From IMG/VR virus record IMGVR_UViG_3300027708_000057, positions 1-64,000 of that record: 64,000 bases of DNA; one strand, 5' to 3'. The notes under the pieces are model-generated. The model did not search any database. It was not told where the DNA came from and saw only the letters and a list, made by a program, of their open reading frames with translations. Source of the stretch: a virus. The position numbers and the translations under genes are program-made. Numbering within the stretch: position 1 is the stretch's first letter; each line of letters starts with the position of its first letter. Positions 35,488 to 45,680 of the stretch are shown piece after piece.

Positions 35488-36252
35488 TTATTCTACACTA
35501 TTTCTGACCCAGTGTAAACAAAAAAGTGTATAAAACTGAATTATTTTTTCACCGTTGATTTTCGACGGCTTACGCAATTTCTTTAGGTATTCCCACCCTT
35601 TTTCCAGAAAAATCCCGTATTTCATGAATTCTTTTGACTCGCCATACCAGCCAATACCGAACGGGTTATGACATTCCACAATGATGATTTCTCCGGATTT
35701 CAGCTCTGCTACATCAATCGTTCCACACCAACTTTTCGGAATCTCAAGACCAACTGGTAATGGCGGAGATTCCGATTCTTCCTCCTTCGGATCATGAGAG
35801 TACCAGCCATCACAAATCATTTCTCCATGGACAATATAATAACGTCCTTCTTTTACGATTTCAACAAGGGTTTGCAATTCATATGGTCCAACGGGAAGTT
35901 CATCATATACTTTTAAAGGATCATAGATAAATCCATCAAATCTCTTAAATGCATCCGCAGGTTTCACAAACGTTTTTTCGTGAATATTATCAAGATCATT
36001 AGCGTACCAAATTTTCCGACCAGCAAATTCTTTTGTAAATTCTGGAAAATAATCTGGAACAAATGTTCGATTCAGAGCTTTTTGAACAATCTCAACAGAA
36101 CCAGAAATCATTACACCTTCTTCAATATCTTCATATGGAATTTCTGATAAATCTCTAAATAATCTTAATCTTCGATCAGTTTCCATTGCATATCTTGCTA
36201 ATGCTTGAGATTCTCTAGAACCTCCATCAAACAAATGCCAAATATTTTTCAT
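35488..36252 (-). CDS. ATP-grasp-fold protein (DUF4343/R2K-like)
   Basis: FVKP...K.F.G, E.R.YIV.G, IDVA....G...IVE.H.. Confidence 0.7.
   Translation of the reverse strand: MKNIWHLFDGGSRESQALARYAMETDRRLRLFRDLSEIPYEDIEEGVMISGSVEIVQKALNRTFVPDYFPEFTKEFAGRKIWYANDLDNIHEKTFVKPADAFKRFDGFIYDPLKVYDELPVGPYELQTLVEIVKEGRYYIVHGEMICDGWYSHDPKEEESESPPLPVGLEIPKSWCGTIDVAELKSGEIIIVECHNPFGIGWYGESKEFMKYGIFLEKGWEYLKKLRKPSKINGEKIIQFYTLFCLHWVRNSVE
35490..35519 (-). promoter_or_regulatory. T4-like early promoter
   Basis: GTTTACA-N17-TAGAAT. Confidence 0.7.
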
Positions 36253-36256
36253 ATTA

Positions 36257-37312
36257 TTAAATCTCAATGAAATCTTTCCAGATATATGCAGAATTTTTTA
36301 CATACTTTTTTAGACCTCTTTTATGGAGATACACATTAATCTTTGGGAATGTATATGATAAGCAAAGAGCATCAATCATACTTTTATGATCTGTCGCCTT
36401 TGCAGAAAACATTCTTGATGCCCATGGGATTTCTTTATGAGTAACAATTATTGGAACATTACAACTAATAAAATCTGCAGATACTATATTGAACGTCTCA
36501 CTTAAACTTATTTGCATACCCATATCCATTGTCGCACATAATTCAAGGAATTCTGTCCGAGGGAGCCAATCATGACATATCAATTTATGCCCAATAGAAT
36601 TCAAATGCTTGAACATCTCAAATAGATTCTTCATCGCACTATCACCTTTTTGTTCAATGCGACTACTATTAATATGAAAATGTAGTTTCTTTCCAATAAT
36701 ATTGACAAAATCTAATGCAGCAATAGCTTGTGCCAAATGATTCTTGAGAGGACGAATAGCGCCAAAGCAAGCAATGTCAATATGGTCTTTACACTTATTA
36801 AGGTTCTTACAAGATAAATCATATACAGGATAGTAATTCGGTAAATAAACGATCTTATCCTCAATATTATGAGTATGAAGAATTGTTTTAAGTACAATCT
36901 CCAGGGAATGTTCCATCCGGGGAGAATTAACCCCAACCATAACATTTGGAATATGACAATATTCTCCAATCCATTTCAAAGCAATACCTTCACCTGCAAG
37001 AAATGGAACTTCAGAATGAATACGAACAACCCACTTGATTTTAGGATATAGTCTCTGGAGTTGTGCAAGTTTCTCAGGTGTTACCCATAAAGCTTCTATA
37101 ATAACAAGAGTAGCCCTATGCTTTACAATTTCGTGTTCAATAGAGTTGGCATCATGCACAACAGAAATATTACTAATATATCCATTCTCGATAAGCATAT
37201 CGGAAACATATTTTGCTGAGTTATAAAGACCTGAACTTAAACTCAGATTACTAGAACTTTTCTCATTATAGATTTCACGATGTTTGAGAATGAAGAGAAT
37301 AGATTGCGTCAT
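36257..37312 (-). CDS. Glycosyltransferase (GT-B, GT4-like)
   Basis: FGAIRPLKN, S.SETFNIV.AD....VP. Confidence 0.8.
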   Translation of the reverse strand: MTQSILFILKHREIYNEKSSSNLSLSSGLYNSAKYVSDMLIENGYISNISVVHDANSIEHEIVKHRATLVIIEALWVTPEKLAQLQRLYPKIKWVVRIHSEVPFLAGEGIALKWIGEYCHIPNVMVGVNSPRMEHSLEIVLKTILHTHNIEDKIVYLPNYYPVYDLSCKNLNKCKDHIDIACFGAIRPLKNHLAQAIAALDFVNIIGKKLHFHINSSRIEQKGDSAMKNLFEMFKHLNSIGHKLICHDWLPRTEFLELCATMDMGMQISLSETFNIVSADFISCNVPIIVTHKEIPWASRMFSAKATDHKSMIDALCLSYTFPKINVYLHKRGLKKYVKNSAYIWKDFIEI

Positions 37313-37321
37313 ATATGAAAC

Positions 37322-37329
37322 TATTTATA
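37322..37329 (-). promoter_or_regulatory. T4-type late promoter for the glycosyltransferase
   Basis: TATAAATA on the minus strand. Confidence 0.65.
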
Positions 37330-37332
37330 CTA

Positions 37333-37370
37333 AGAAAGGATTCATTTGTTTTTCTTCATGAATCCTTTCT
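37333..37370. terminator. Stem-loop
   Basis: agaaaggattcat / atgaatcctttct. Confidence 0.6.
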
Positions 37371-37456
37371 CATGTTATTAATTTAGAAGTTAATCAATTA
37401 CTTTAATGAAATTTGTAACTATTGTATATATTCTCGTGTCATATTGTTTATGTTTG

Positions 37457-37909
37457 TTATTTCAAAATTTCCAGGATCTTTACTGAAACTGTTTTAGGAT
37501 CTGCATGCCCATCTGCAATTTCCAGAACTTTCTTAATCACTATTCACACGTGTTTTCGGCCAGTTGCATTTTCTTCTGTAATCACTCTATTAATAATTTC
37601 TACAATTTCACAATCTTCTAATTGTTGTGGTAGAAATGATTCTAGAATTGCAACTTTTAACTTTTCTTTTAATGCAAGTTCGGGTCGATTACCATTTGTA
37701 AATTGGGTAATACTATCTTTTCCTGAAGCAATCTTTTTTCGAATTACTCCAAGAACTTCGGCATCTGTTAATTCAGTATTTACATTCCCTTTTCGTAAAG
37801 ATGCATGGATCAATTCGGTTTTCAATGCCCGAAGTACAGTAAGTCGAGTATTTCCTGAATCTCGATTCTTGATTGATCGAGTTATTTCTAAGTCTATATT
37901 TAAAATCAT
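37457..37909 (-). pseudogene. GatB/YqeY-domain protein with an internal TGA
   Basis: LTVLRALK, LTDAEV..VI.K, FLPQQL; frame continues after TGA (37544-37546) with IVIKKV...GHADPKTVS, the expected YqeY C-terminus. Confidence 0.75.
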
Positions 37910-38445
37910 AATTTGTTTTCTAGTTTATTCAAAGCTTCAAAGAGGAGTCTTGCACTTAATCGAGAATCCGCAAGAGGTTCATGCGCAGGTAATTCATTAG
38001 GAAGTCGATCATATGTTTTCATTGGATCCATTCCCGCACAGAGCATTACAGTTGCAATTTCATGCATAGGATATGGACTATCCTGGGATCGAGATGATAT
38101 CATCTCATTATCAATACACACCCTTACAAAATTAGTTTCCACAGGAAAACCACACTCGACAAACACGACAGCATCATAAATAAGATTTGCATATATCCAT
38201 TCATTCCAGAATACATCCTGAATTCTACATGGGCTGTTAAATTCAATTGAAGATTCATGAACGGTCACATTATCATTAATCCATTGTCTATCTTCAAAAG
38301 AACCACCAGATGCATTACCAGAAAAACAATGAAACGCGAATTCTTTTATACATGAACCATCTCTTCTATAAATTCCCCCAGCAACTGCAAATCCTTCCCC
38401 ATATAAACCAACCGACTCTACATCAAAAATAAAATAATTCTTCAT
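37906..38445 (-). CDS. DEDDh 3'-5' exonuclease
   Basis: FDVES.G...HEPLADSR. Confidence 0.75.
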   Translation of the reverse strand: MKNYFIFDVESVGLYGEGFAVAGGIYRRDGSCIKEFAFHCFSGNASGGSFEDRQWINDNVTVHESSIEFNSPCRIQDVFWNEWIYANLIYDAVVFVECGFPVETNFVRVCIDNEMISSRSQDSPYPMHEIATVMLCAGMDPMKTYDRLPNELPAHEPLADSRLSARLLFEALNKLENKL

Positions 38446-38521
38446 AGTTTCAAAAATTTATAAGATATATAAAAAATAATTATCCAAACAATTATTTCAC
38501 AAAAGGTTATTACTAAGTTTT

Positions 38522-38833
38522 TTAACATAATTTTGGAACGGTCTCCATCAGATACACTGAATTCATTGTCTTAAATCCATTTTCTGTAATTTCTGTAATA
38601 GGTGATGTTGCAAAGACCCCAGGAATTTCGACATCATTTCGGATATATCTAAACATCCTCAAAGATTCTCCGATGATAGGTCCATCTAAAATTTCTCCAA
38701 TAACCCAATAATCAACATTGGGGGAAAGACCAATATCATCTATAAGAGATTCTCTATATTCATCATGTGATACGGCTGTGGTAACTTGAAAGTTCACAGT
38801 TGGTTTAATTTTTGTTATTTTATGTAGTTTCAT
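38522..38833 (-). CDS. Hypothetical protein
   Basis: TS.I......F.T.NSVY motif common in phage early genes. Confidence 0.6.
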   Translation of the reverse strand: MKLHKITKIKPTVNFQVTTAVSHDEYRESLIDDIGLSPNVDYWVIGEILDGPIIGESLRMFRYIRNDVEIPGVFATSPITEITENGFKTMNSVYLMETVPKLC

Positions 38834-39035
38834 ATTTGTTTATCATATATTGGTGCCAAGCTTCAGCAGCTTCTTCGGCAGAATTGTAATCTTCTCTGAG
38901 ATCAGTTATATATGCAGATGCATCATGAATCTGGGCTCGGTTATCAAGTTCTTTTATTAGAAGCCAAATGTTTTCTCGAACTTCATTAATGTGAGCTAGT
39001 GTAGCCTGATCATGTTGTAATAGATTATCATTCAT
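38820..39035 (-). CDS. Short hypothetical protein, possibly a truncated HD-like fragment
   Basis: T..HI..V.......EL..R...HDAS followed by unrelated sequence. Confidence 0.4.
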   Translation of the reverse strand: MNDNLLQHDQATLAHINEVRENIWLLIKELDNRAQIHDASAYITDLREDYNSAEEAAEAWHQYMINKYETT

Positions 39036-39211
39036 ATATTATTTAATAGATTTTTGCAATCAATCAGTGATTCTCATAGTAATTTTAATTCAGTAAATAG
39101 TTGTATACAAAATAAACATCAAGCCCCAATAAGATTATCAAACCTGTTAGTATTTTTCTATTATCGAATTGATGATCACCTGATAAAAAAGATAGCAAAT
39201 ACTTCTTCATA

Positions 39212-39406
39212 TTAAAAATCAAATTGAAGTTGTTTATGAGTTTTCAAACAATCTCTTTTCAATTCATGTTTAATCATTTCAGATAAGTCTTGCAATATCT
39301 CCGAAATATCATGATCTGTGTATTCAAGTTTTGTAGGAATACTAGATCCCATGCGGAATACAGTATTGATATTAGTGTCTTTGATTATTACTTTAATTCG
39401 GTTCAT
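39212..39406 (-). CDS. Hypothetical protein
   Basis: ATG ORF MNRIKV. Confidence 0.45.
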   Translation of the reverse strand: MNRIKVIIKDTNINTVFRMGSSIPTKLEYTDHDISEILQDLSEMIKHELKRDCLKTHKQLQFDF

Positions 39407-39407
39407 A

Positions 39408-39603
39408 TTAAGGATTCTTTGTGAAATAGTCAATCATACATTTTGTGGAACAGAAATCAAATTGGGATTTTGTATGAGGAACCCATAGTGTTGTGCTTTC
39501 GTTTACAATATTCACATCAACCCAATCATTGAGTGCACTACCCCCCATATTGAGGATTATTCTCAAATTTACAATTGTCACAAATACTTCGTGTTTGTTT
39601 CAT
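39408..39603 (-). pseudogene. Small Zn-binding protein frameshifted in a G6 tract
   Basis: MKQTRSICDNC...YG and GSALND...FDFCSTKCMIDYF join in frame if one G is removed at 39541-39546. Confidence 0.6.
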
Positions 39604-39667
39604 AGTAGTGGTAAATGAGTTGTAATTCCTTCAAAACAGTAATCCCAAGCAGGTCCAATGGCAATAC

Positions 39668-40042
39668 TCATAGATTTGAAAAGTAATAGAATGTACCAAA
39701 TAAGGTAATGTAATGAATCATTTGATCAGCACCAATGATAACAAATGCATTGTGATAATCGTTCTCTTTGAATAGTAGAGATGATGCTTGGGATGTGCAA
39801 TAATCAGTGAAGAAATGTGCAACACTATTAACTACTAACCAAAATGACACATGTAACCAATTATGAAAATATATCGAGTTTAAAACTGTCATACAACATA
39901 GACCACTAATGTAAACATTAATATGTTCCCAAAGAGCTAAATTGGACTTGGATTTATTCTTCGCCATTTCATCTGTTTGTAGAAAAAAGTCAAAGATCCA
40001 ATGAATAATTAGAAATGTAAAAATAGTGTAAAGCGAGATCAT
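39668..40042 (-). CDS. DUF3307-like membrane protein
   Basis: HWIFDFFLQ..MA.NK, H...D, G.DQ..H. Confidence 0.8.
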   Translation of the reverse strand: MISLYTIFTFLIIHWIFDFFLQTDEMAKNKSKSNLALWEHINVYISGLCCMTVLNSIYFHNWLHVSFWLVVNSVAHFFTDYCTSQASSLLFKENDYHNAFVIIGADQMIHYITLFGTFYYFSNL

Positions 40043-40053
40043 AATTTTTAACT

Positions 40054-40590
40054 TTATTTCTCATTATAAGCTTCTTCAAGACGACGATAATCCTTCCAAA
40101 GAGTTGCTAATTCCAGTTTGAGCATTAGATTATCTTCACAGAGTTCTTTTTGATCAAGCTTCTCAACATCCTTCCAGTCCAATGCTTTATTAGCCAAGTC
40201 TTGAGCATATTCTGTACCATCTCGAATCATTTCAAGAGTTTCTTTATATATACAGTAATCATTTTGAAGACATTCGATAGTTTTCTCAACTTGGTCAATG
40301 TCAATATCTAGTCCAAGTATATCACACAACCTTTCTTCGGCTTCTGCATACTTAGAATATTTCTCAACAAAGAAACCAATTCGTTCAGAAAGATTTTCGG
40401 GCTTGTGTGTAGTTACATTACCTACAGGAATCTCTCTCATACAATCATTGATAATCTTCGATTGTTCAATAACTAATTTAGCAAGAGTTTCCCCAGCTTT
40501 TTTGTACTCTGCTATCTTTCGGTCAGCGTTTGCGAGTTGCTGATTAAGATTTGCTATCATTTCTAACGTATTTATTTGTATTGTTTTCAT
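40054..40590 (-). CDS. Coiled-coil hypothetical protein
   Basis: Long ORF, likely start MKTIQ. Confidence 0.6.
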   Translation of the reverse strand: MKTIQINTLEMIANLNQQLANADRKIAEYKKAGETLAKLVIEQSKIINDCMREIPVGNVTTHKPENLSERIGFFVEKYSKYAEAEERLCDILGLDIDIDQVEKTIECLQNDYCIYKETLEMIRDGTEYAQDLANKALDWKDVEKLDQKELCEDNLMLKLELATLWKDYRRLEEAYNEK

Positions 40591-40597
40591 ATTATTT

Positions 40598-40780
40598 TTA
40601 ATTAAAGTTTTCAGAATTGTCTCGGAATAACATATCAATAGTGGCAAGCTCAGCCAGAACTTCCTCTTGGTTTAAAGCTATATTTCGATAAATATAGATT
40701 CTTCCGCAAATATCTTTGAGAATTATCAGTTGTTCTTCGGGTGTGTAATCAAGAATATTTTTTAGTTTCTCTTTTTCCAT
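40598..40780 (-). CDS. Hypothetical protein
   Basis: ATG directly after a promoter. Confidence 0.55.
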   Translation of the reverse strand: MEKEKLKNILDYTPEEQLIILKDICGRIYIYRNIALNQEEVLAELATIDMLFRDNSENFN

Positions 40781-40785
40781 GGATT

Positions 40786-40814
40786 ATTATATCACATTTT
40801 TCAAGGAGCGTAAA
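40786..40814 (-). promoter_or_regulatory. Sigma70-like promoter
   Basis: TTTACG-N17-TATAAT. Confidence 0.65.
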
Positions 40815-40822
40815 TAAAATAA

Positions 40823-41902
40823 TCAGCAATTAAAATACCACCCTCGATCAGTAAGTGTTAGTATTTGTTCAAATGCTGTTGTATATTGTTTACCACAAGT
40901 TTCAAGACTATACCTTGATCGTGCAATTTCAGCTACTTTACTACGATCTATATCAGAACATTTTTCAATCGCTTCCAACCATTGTTGCAACATTTTACAG
41001 CGATAACCTGTAACTCCTTCAATTGAATTTGTTTCTTGAAAACAACCGTAATCAACACTAATCATTGGAGTTCCACAAAGAGCTGCTTCGATATTACTAC
41101 CGCCTAGAGGTTCTATGTACTCAGTAGGAGCAAGAATTGCTCTCGCATTACCCAAAAACTTAGATCTGTCTTTGCCAGTAATAGGATCTCGAAATATAAT
41201 TTTAGATTCCCTCCATGGAGTAGTATCACCTTGGCCACATGCAATAACTGGAAGGTTTATACGATTAGCAATTTCAGCGACGGTATTTAATCCTTTGGCT
41301 GAACAGATTCTCCCAAAGTATGCAATATATCCTTCAGGATTTAAATTAATATCCCAATCATCAATATCAAAATAATTCGGAATTACAAAATCAAAGTTCT
41401 TTCCAGAACTATTACTTTTGCCATAACAGAAATTACGCCATGCATGTGATTCAAAAATTTTAAAAGTTGATTCCATTTGATCTGGATAACCGATTCCACT
41501 TTCCACATGATAACAGTTCGGAAACAAAGAAACTACCTTTGAATGTGCAGTACCAAATGGATGGCAAATTATATCTCCATCCTTAACATTATTAAGTAAT
41601 GCAATTAATAATCTTTTTTCAAATTCTATATGATGTGGAGAACCAATTGTTGCAACGTCTCCATGGAAAATACTTTCTTTTCCAATAAGGGATTTGAGTT
41701 CGGTTTCAGAAAGAATTTGAATAATTCTATTACACCCCGATTCACTGTTTCCATTCGAGTATTCAATACAATCCCAACCTTCTCGCTGCATCATTTTTGC
41801 CCATCTCAAGACTTTTCCTGTAAATGCACAATGAGAATATTCTTGATTTGGAATTGTGTGAAACAATCCAATCATGTGAAGAGATGTCCTATTATTGCTC
41901 AT
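40823..41902 (-). CDS. Glycosyltransferase (GT4 family)
   Basis: VIPNYFD, YFGRI...KG, EPLGGSNIEAALCGTPMI, GVTGY. Confidence 0.88.
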   Translation of the reverse strand: MSNNRTSLHMIGLFHTIPNQEYSHCAFTGKVLRWAKMMQREGWDCIEYSNGNSESGCNRIIQILSETELKSLIGKESIFHGDVATIGSPHHIEFEKRLLIALLNNVKDGDIICHPFGTAHSKVVSLFPNCYHVESGIGYPDQMESTFKIFESHAWRNFCYGKSNSSGKNFDFVIPNYFDIDDWDINLNPEGYIAYFGRICSAKGLNTVAEIANRINLPVIACGQGDTTPWRESKIIFRDPITGKDRSKFLGNARAILAPTEYIEPLGGSNIEAALCGTPMISVDYGCFQETNSIEGVTGYRCKMLQQWLEAIEKCSDIDRSKVAEIARSRYSLETCGKQYTTAFEQILTLTDRGWYFNC

Positions 41903-42416
41903 TATGAAGTTGAATTAGAAATTCTGTAACATCCAAAAATTCACCATTCCCATATTCTACTCCATAGAAATCATCACATTGATAATAACGATCTGTATCG
42001 ATCCCGATCAAATCAATCTTATTCATATTATATTTCCATGGTAGATTATCGATAAGAACATTATTTTTATGAGCCATAGCGCATGGACAAGTTGTTCCTC
42101 CTCCGTATACAGTTGATGCCCAATGATTGTTAATCATTTCTTTATGGAAAATATGATCTTCATCAAACCCGAATTTACCCAGCTCATTAACTTTGGTAGC
42201 ATAATCCTTGGTGGCAACAGTCAAAATATATACATTATCACGTCCAACGAGATTACGAGAAAATTCAATAAGATCCAATGCTCTGGGATGAATGATTGAA
42301 AAATATCGTAATGCTCGTTCTCCAAGCACGAATGTGATATGATCCTGTTCTGGAGCAGGATATAAAGTATGAATTAGAGTCTCATCAAGGTCTATAAAAA
42401 TACAATTGATTGCCAT
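41892..42416 (-). CDS. HAD-superfamily (FCP1/NIF-like) phosphatase
   Basis: IDLDETLIH, LIDN. Confidence 0.8.
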   Translation of the reverse strand: MAINCIFIDLDETLIHTLYPAPEQDHITFVLGERALRYFSIIHPRALDLIEFSRNLVGRDNVYILTVATKDYATKVNELGKFGFDEDHIFHKEMINNHWASTVYGGGTTCPCAMAHKNNVLIDNLPWKYNMNKIDLIGIDTDRYYQCDDFYGVEYGNGEFLDVTEFLIQLHNEQ

Positions 42417-42456
42417 TAATTTATTATATCAGGATTGGCTTGTAAAGGATAATTTA

Positions 42457-42666
42457 TTAAGAAATGATATCCCAATTATGAAGAAATTCTTTAAAGCTTC
42501 CTTCCCATCTAAAATCTCGATCTGTATTTACTAGAACGAAATCTCCATTTAAATCTGCAGCAATTAATGTAGCAATAACTTCAGGATCAAGACTATATGA
42601 AGAATAGTTACGACCAAGCAATATTGAATATTTTTTACACAATTCGATTTTTTCGGAATTATTCAT
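42457..42666 (-). CDS. Hypothetical protein
   Basis: Packed ORF. Confidence 0.5.
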   Translation of the reverse strand: MNNSEKIELCKKYSILLGRNYSSYSLDPEVIATLIAADLNGDFVLVNTDRDFRWEGSFKEFLHNWDIIS

Positions 42667-43051
42667 GAGTTTCAAATTCTATATCATCTGAGATTCCACA
42701 CTCTTTACAACTATCCCAAAGAAGACTAAATTTATCATCACTAAAATCTCCTTGTTTTAGAAAATGACAGAAACCATTTGCTTGTTTTGGAAATTGTAAT
42801 ATTTTATCCCAGAAAGGGCATTGTTTATAAGTACCATCTTCGCCTCGACTATAACAATAAAGTGTATTCTTTGGAATAAATGAATGAGCTTCTTCTTCTG
42901 TCAATGCAGCTTCGATTACACATTCTTCATTAAGACTTGGCCAGATACCCAGTGGATGTACTCCAGCATCAAGCAATTCTTGTTTGGTCGCATAGAGCCA
43001 ATATAAATTTCTATTTGTGTAGAAATCATTAGGATAGTCTTGATAGTTCAT
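42659..43051 (-). CDS. Cys-rich hypothetical protein
   Basis: IP...YCY, CPFW, G.C.FL, LLWD.CKECG. Confidence 0.65.
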   Translation of the reverse strand: MNYQDYPNDFYTNRNLYWLYATKQELLDAGVHPLGIWPSLNEECVIEAALTEEEAHSFIPKNTLYCYSRGEDGTYKQCPFWDKILQFPKQANGFCHFLKQGDFSDDKFSLLWDSCKECGISDDIEFETHE

Positions 43052-43055
43052 ATTA

Positions 43056-43289
43056 TTAACAGTATGGTTGTTTAAATTTAACAAAGTAATCTTCACTAAC
43101 TAATTCAAAGAAATGAGTCTTAATCATATTTCGTTTTTGAGCTTCTTTGACTATAGCAGCAATAGATTCTTCACTTTCAGCTTCTTTCATGGTGTTCCAA
43201 TAAAAGTTATGGAATTTCTCCCAGGTTTTATTATCTGTTGAACAAATGACTATAGTCTTTAAAGCTTTTTTAGTTCCTTTGATTTTCAT
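43056..43289 (-). CDS. Hypothetical protein
   Basis: Packed ORF. Confidence 0.5.
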   Translation of the reverse strand: MKIKGTKKALKTIVICSTDNKTWEKFHNFYWNTMKEAESEESIAAIVKEAQKRNMIKTHFFELVSEDYFVKFKQPYC

Positions 43290-43719
43290 AATCTGATAAA
43301 ACTTTTGCAATATTTACAGCACCAACCGAATTTGCACTATGTACATGCCATACAGGAAGTGCTACATTAGCTTCTTTACATTTCTGCACTAACAATTGAG
43401 CACAATGATATCCGGTACTTTTTGGACTTAGATTTCCATATTCAATAAGATTAGTAAGTTGTGTAACTTTAAAGTAATGTTGAATATGTTCAAATGATAA
43501 ATCATGATCAAATGAAACCATGGAAGGAATTCCATATTCATTAATAGCATTTTCAAATTCAGAATATGATCTTACAATATCCCAATCATGTGATTCAGTA
43601 CTCGTTAGAACAAGTAATGAAATAGTTGCAACAAGACCTAAATCTTTTCTACGTACTCCCGACACAAATGCATCGGAAGGATTTCTCAGATCATCTAGAA
43701 AGAGATTGAATGGTTTCAT
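43270..43719 (-). CDS. Cyclic-phosphate-processing receiver-domain protein
   Basis: LFLDDLR, VRSY.EF, SFDHDL, TGY, HSAN.VG. Confidence 0.8.
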   Translation of the reverse strand: MKPFNLFLDDLRNPSDAFVSGVRRKDLGLVATISLLVLTSTESHDWDIVRSYSEFENAINEYGIPSMVSFDHDLSFEHIQHYFKVTQLTNLIEYGNLSPKSTGYHCAQLLVQKCKEANVALPVWHVHSANSVGAVNIAKVLSDYENQRN

Positions 43720-44267
43720 GTGAATTGTTTATCTAATTGATAATGGCAATTTTCAATAGCTTTAAAAATATCTTCATTCGAACAATTAAACATATTATAT
43801 ACAGGAATCCCTAAATCTTGTGCAATACGGATTGCTTGTCCGGTCCCTCCAACAATCTCTCCTCCAGGTGTCCAACAAAGCACAAATTCTGAATTAGCTT
43901 CTCCATTACGTCCAACTATCTGTCGATAGTTTCTTGCCATCAATTTCAGACTGTTTGAATTTAGACTATTCATTTTAGGATGATACTTGGCGATAGATGC
44001 AAATGCTTCCTTATCATCAGGAAAAATTACTTCATAGATATGTTTAGGATATCTATTAGAAAATCCCTTATTGAATCCATAATATGGTAACCAAATCTGA
44101 GCTTCACTTTTAACTCCTGATGAAAATGCTTGATCTGAACCAATAGCATTTCCGGATCGTAATGTGTAACCTTTAATTTCGAGAACAATTGCTATTGCCC
44201 ACATTCGATCTTGAATATCTTGTGGAGCTTTTCGGCTTCCAATACCAGCATAGAATTTTTTACTCAT
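43716..44267 (-). CDS. SLOG/DprA-like nucleotide-binding protein
   Basis: YAGIGSR..P, LRSG.A.G.D.AF, ARN..QI.G, GGTGQAIRIA. Confidence 0.82.
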   Translation of the reverse strand: MSKKFYAGIGSRKAPQDIQDRMWAIAIVLEIKGYTLRSGNAIGSDQAFSSGVKSEAQIWLPYYGFNKGFSNRYPKHIYEVIFPDDKEAFASIAKYHPKMNSLNSNSLKLMARNYRQIVGRNGEANSEFVLCWTPGGEIVGGTGQAIRIAQDLGIPVYNMFNCSNEDIFKAIENCHYQLDKQFT

Positions 44268-44272
44268 ATAGA

Positions 44273-44482
44273 CTATTTCTCAAAAATATGTTCTTCAGCA
44301 AGTTCTGGGTTCCAGGTCGGATTCATCACGTAATCCCATAACCAATTCTTCTCACTTTTAGAAAGGTGATCAGGTAATGATTCTTCAAGATCAATATATT
44401 TCAAATCAATTGCTGATTGTAATACTTCAATTTCATTTTTTACAAAATCAACCCGCTCTTTTTGTTCTTTGTTTAATTTCAT
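44273..44482 (-). CDS. Hypothetical protein
   Basis: Packed ORF. Confidence 0.55.
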   Translation of the reverse strand: MKLNKEQKERVDFVKNEIEVLQSAIDLKYIDLEESLPDHLSKSEKNWLWDYVMNPTWNPELAEEHIFEK

Positions 44483-44485
44483 ATT

Positions 44486-45184
44486 TTATTTCCAAATGTC
44501 GAATTGTTTTCTGTATTCGATAATGATATCCTCTATATTATTCAGTTTTGAAACCATGCCCCATTCATCATGAATACATTCAGGAGAATGGATAATATCC
44601 ATGATTGAATCTATCAATTTTTGTTCAGGGGTTGGATATTTCGATCTACTTTGTCGAAGATTATTTTCAAGTTCTGCTCTTTGAATCTTAAACTTAATTT
44701 CATTTTCTTGAATCTGTTCTTCACTATATTCAATAGGATCTTCAACTAAAAACAATTCAATTGTTTGAAGAAGTCCTTGATAAAATATAGCTTTATATTC
44801 AACCCACCCAGTTTCAAATTTATGCTGATTATTAATATCAATCTTATAATTAAGATGATGCCAAACTTCATAGAAATTGATAGTTCCAGTAAATAATACA
44901 GGTTCCCACCAAGTCTTAGTTCTAATATAAGAACCTAAAGCTTTTAATTTTTCATGACACGAGGCAGATTCTATATTTTCTACTGGGTCACTTTCAGACC
45001 AAACCCCTTCATATTTTTCCAATAGAAGAATACCACTCGATTCAATCTTATAGTAAGATATTGAATTGTCAATATCTTTCGTTTGCCACATTATTTCAGA
45101 AGAATTGCCGCCACGGTGTGCTAAAAATTCTAAAGGTAAGTTTGGTAATGTAAATTCACACAAGATATAATCGAACATTGACAT
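44486..45184 (-). CDS. Conserved phage hypothetical protein
   Basis: MSMFDY..C, QTKD, TG.INFY, W.EY.A.F..G. Confidence 0.65.
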   Translation of the reverse strand: MSMFDYILCEFTLPNLPLEFLAHRGGNSSEIMWQTKDIDNSISYYKIESSGILLLEKYEGVWSESDPVENIESASCHEKLKALGSYIRTKTWWEPVLFTGTINFYEVWHHLNYKIDINNQHKFETGWVEYKAIFYQGLLQTIELFLVEDPIEYSEEQIQENEIKFKIQRAELENNLRQSRSKYPTPEQKLIDSIMDIIHSPECIHDEWGMVSKLNNIEDIIIEYRKQFDIWK

Positions 45185-45192
45185 AAAAATAT

Positions 45193-45393
45193 CTATACAA
45201 TAGAAATATCCCTTGGATCACAATCCCCATAATCATCTTCATCATCATCTTGAAATAATTTATCGGATTGTAATTGCTTCTTTCCAAGAAGTCTATGACA
45301 AAGACACAATTGAATAAGCTCAGAAATTGAAATCTTTACAAGCCTATTACTATTTTCTTCACTAAATTGTACATGTGTATTATAAATAGTCAT
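45193..45393 (-). CDS. Hypothetical protein
   Basis: Packed ORF. Confidence 0.45.
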   Translation of the reverse strand: MTIYNTHVQFSEENSNRLVKISISELIQLCLCHRLLGKKQLQSDKLFQDDDEDDYGDCDPRDISIV

Positions 45394-45677
45394 AGTTCTG
45401 TCAATGAAGTTAGAAGACGATTTAGAGCGTTTGGAAATTGTTTTTCATATTCTTTATTTGGATCTCCTAAGGAATACATTGAACCTGATTTAGTTACAAT
45501 GAAATCTTTATATCTACCCTTGATTGTAGAAGTAATAATTGGATCTCCATCCTTAAAATTTTGTCGGTCCGTAACAAACCCAGCAATTGCCATTCGACGT
45601 AGTTCGGGGGCTAGACACGGGTTTTGATCGTCAAGAGCAATAATAGACCAATCGTTAATTTTTGGAAAATAATTCAT
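45390..45677 (-). CDS. Conserved phage hypothetical protein
   Basis: APE...G......F.DG..I.TS, T.SGS.Y.LG.P. Confidence 0.65.
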   Translation of the reverse strand: MNYFPKINDWSIIALDDQNPCLAPELRRMAIAGFVTDRQNFKDGDPIITSTIKGRYKDFIVTKSGSMYSLGDPNKEYEKQFPNALNRLLTSLTEL

Positions 45678-45680
45678 TTT

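Noticed and set aside
37544-37546. TGA reassignment (in-frame TGA at an expected Gly in YqeY and another in tnpB)
   Set aside because: Many intact genes end in TGA, often as ATGA overlaps, and core genes have no internal TGA. Nonsense mutations are the simpler explanation.
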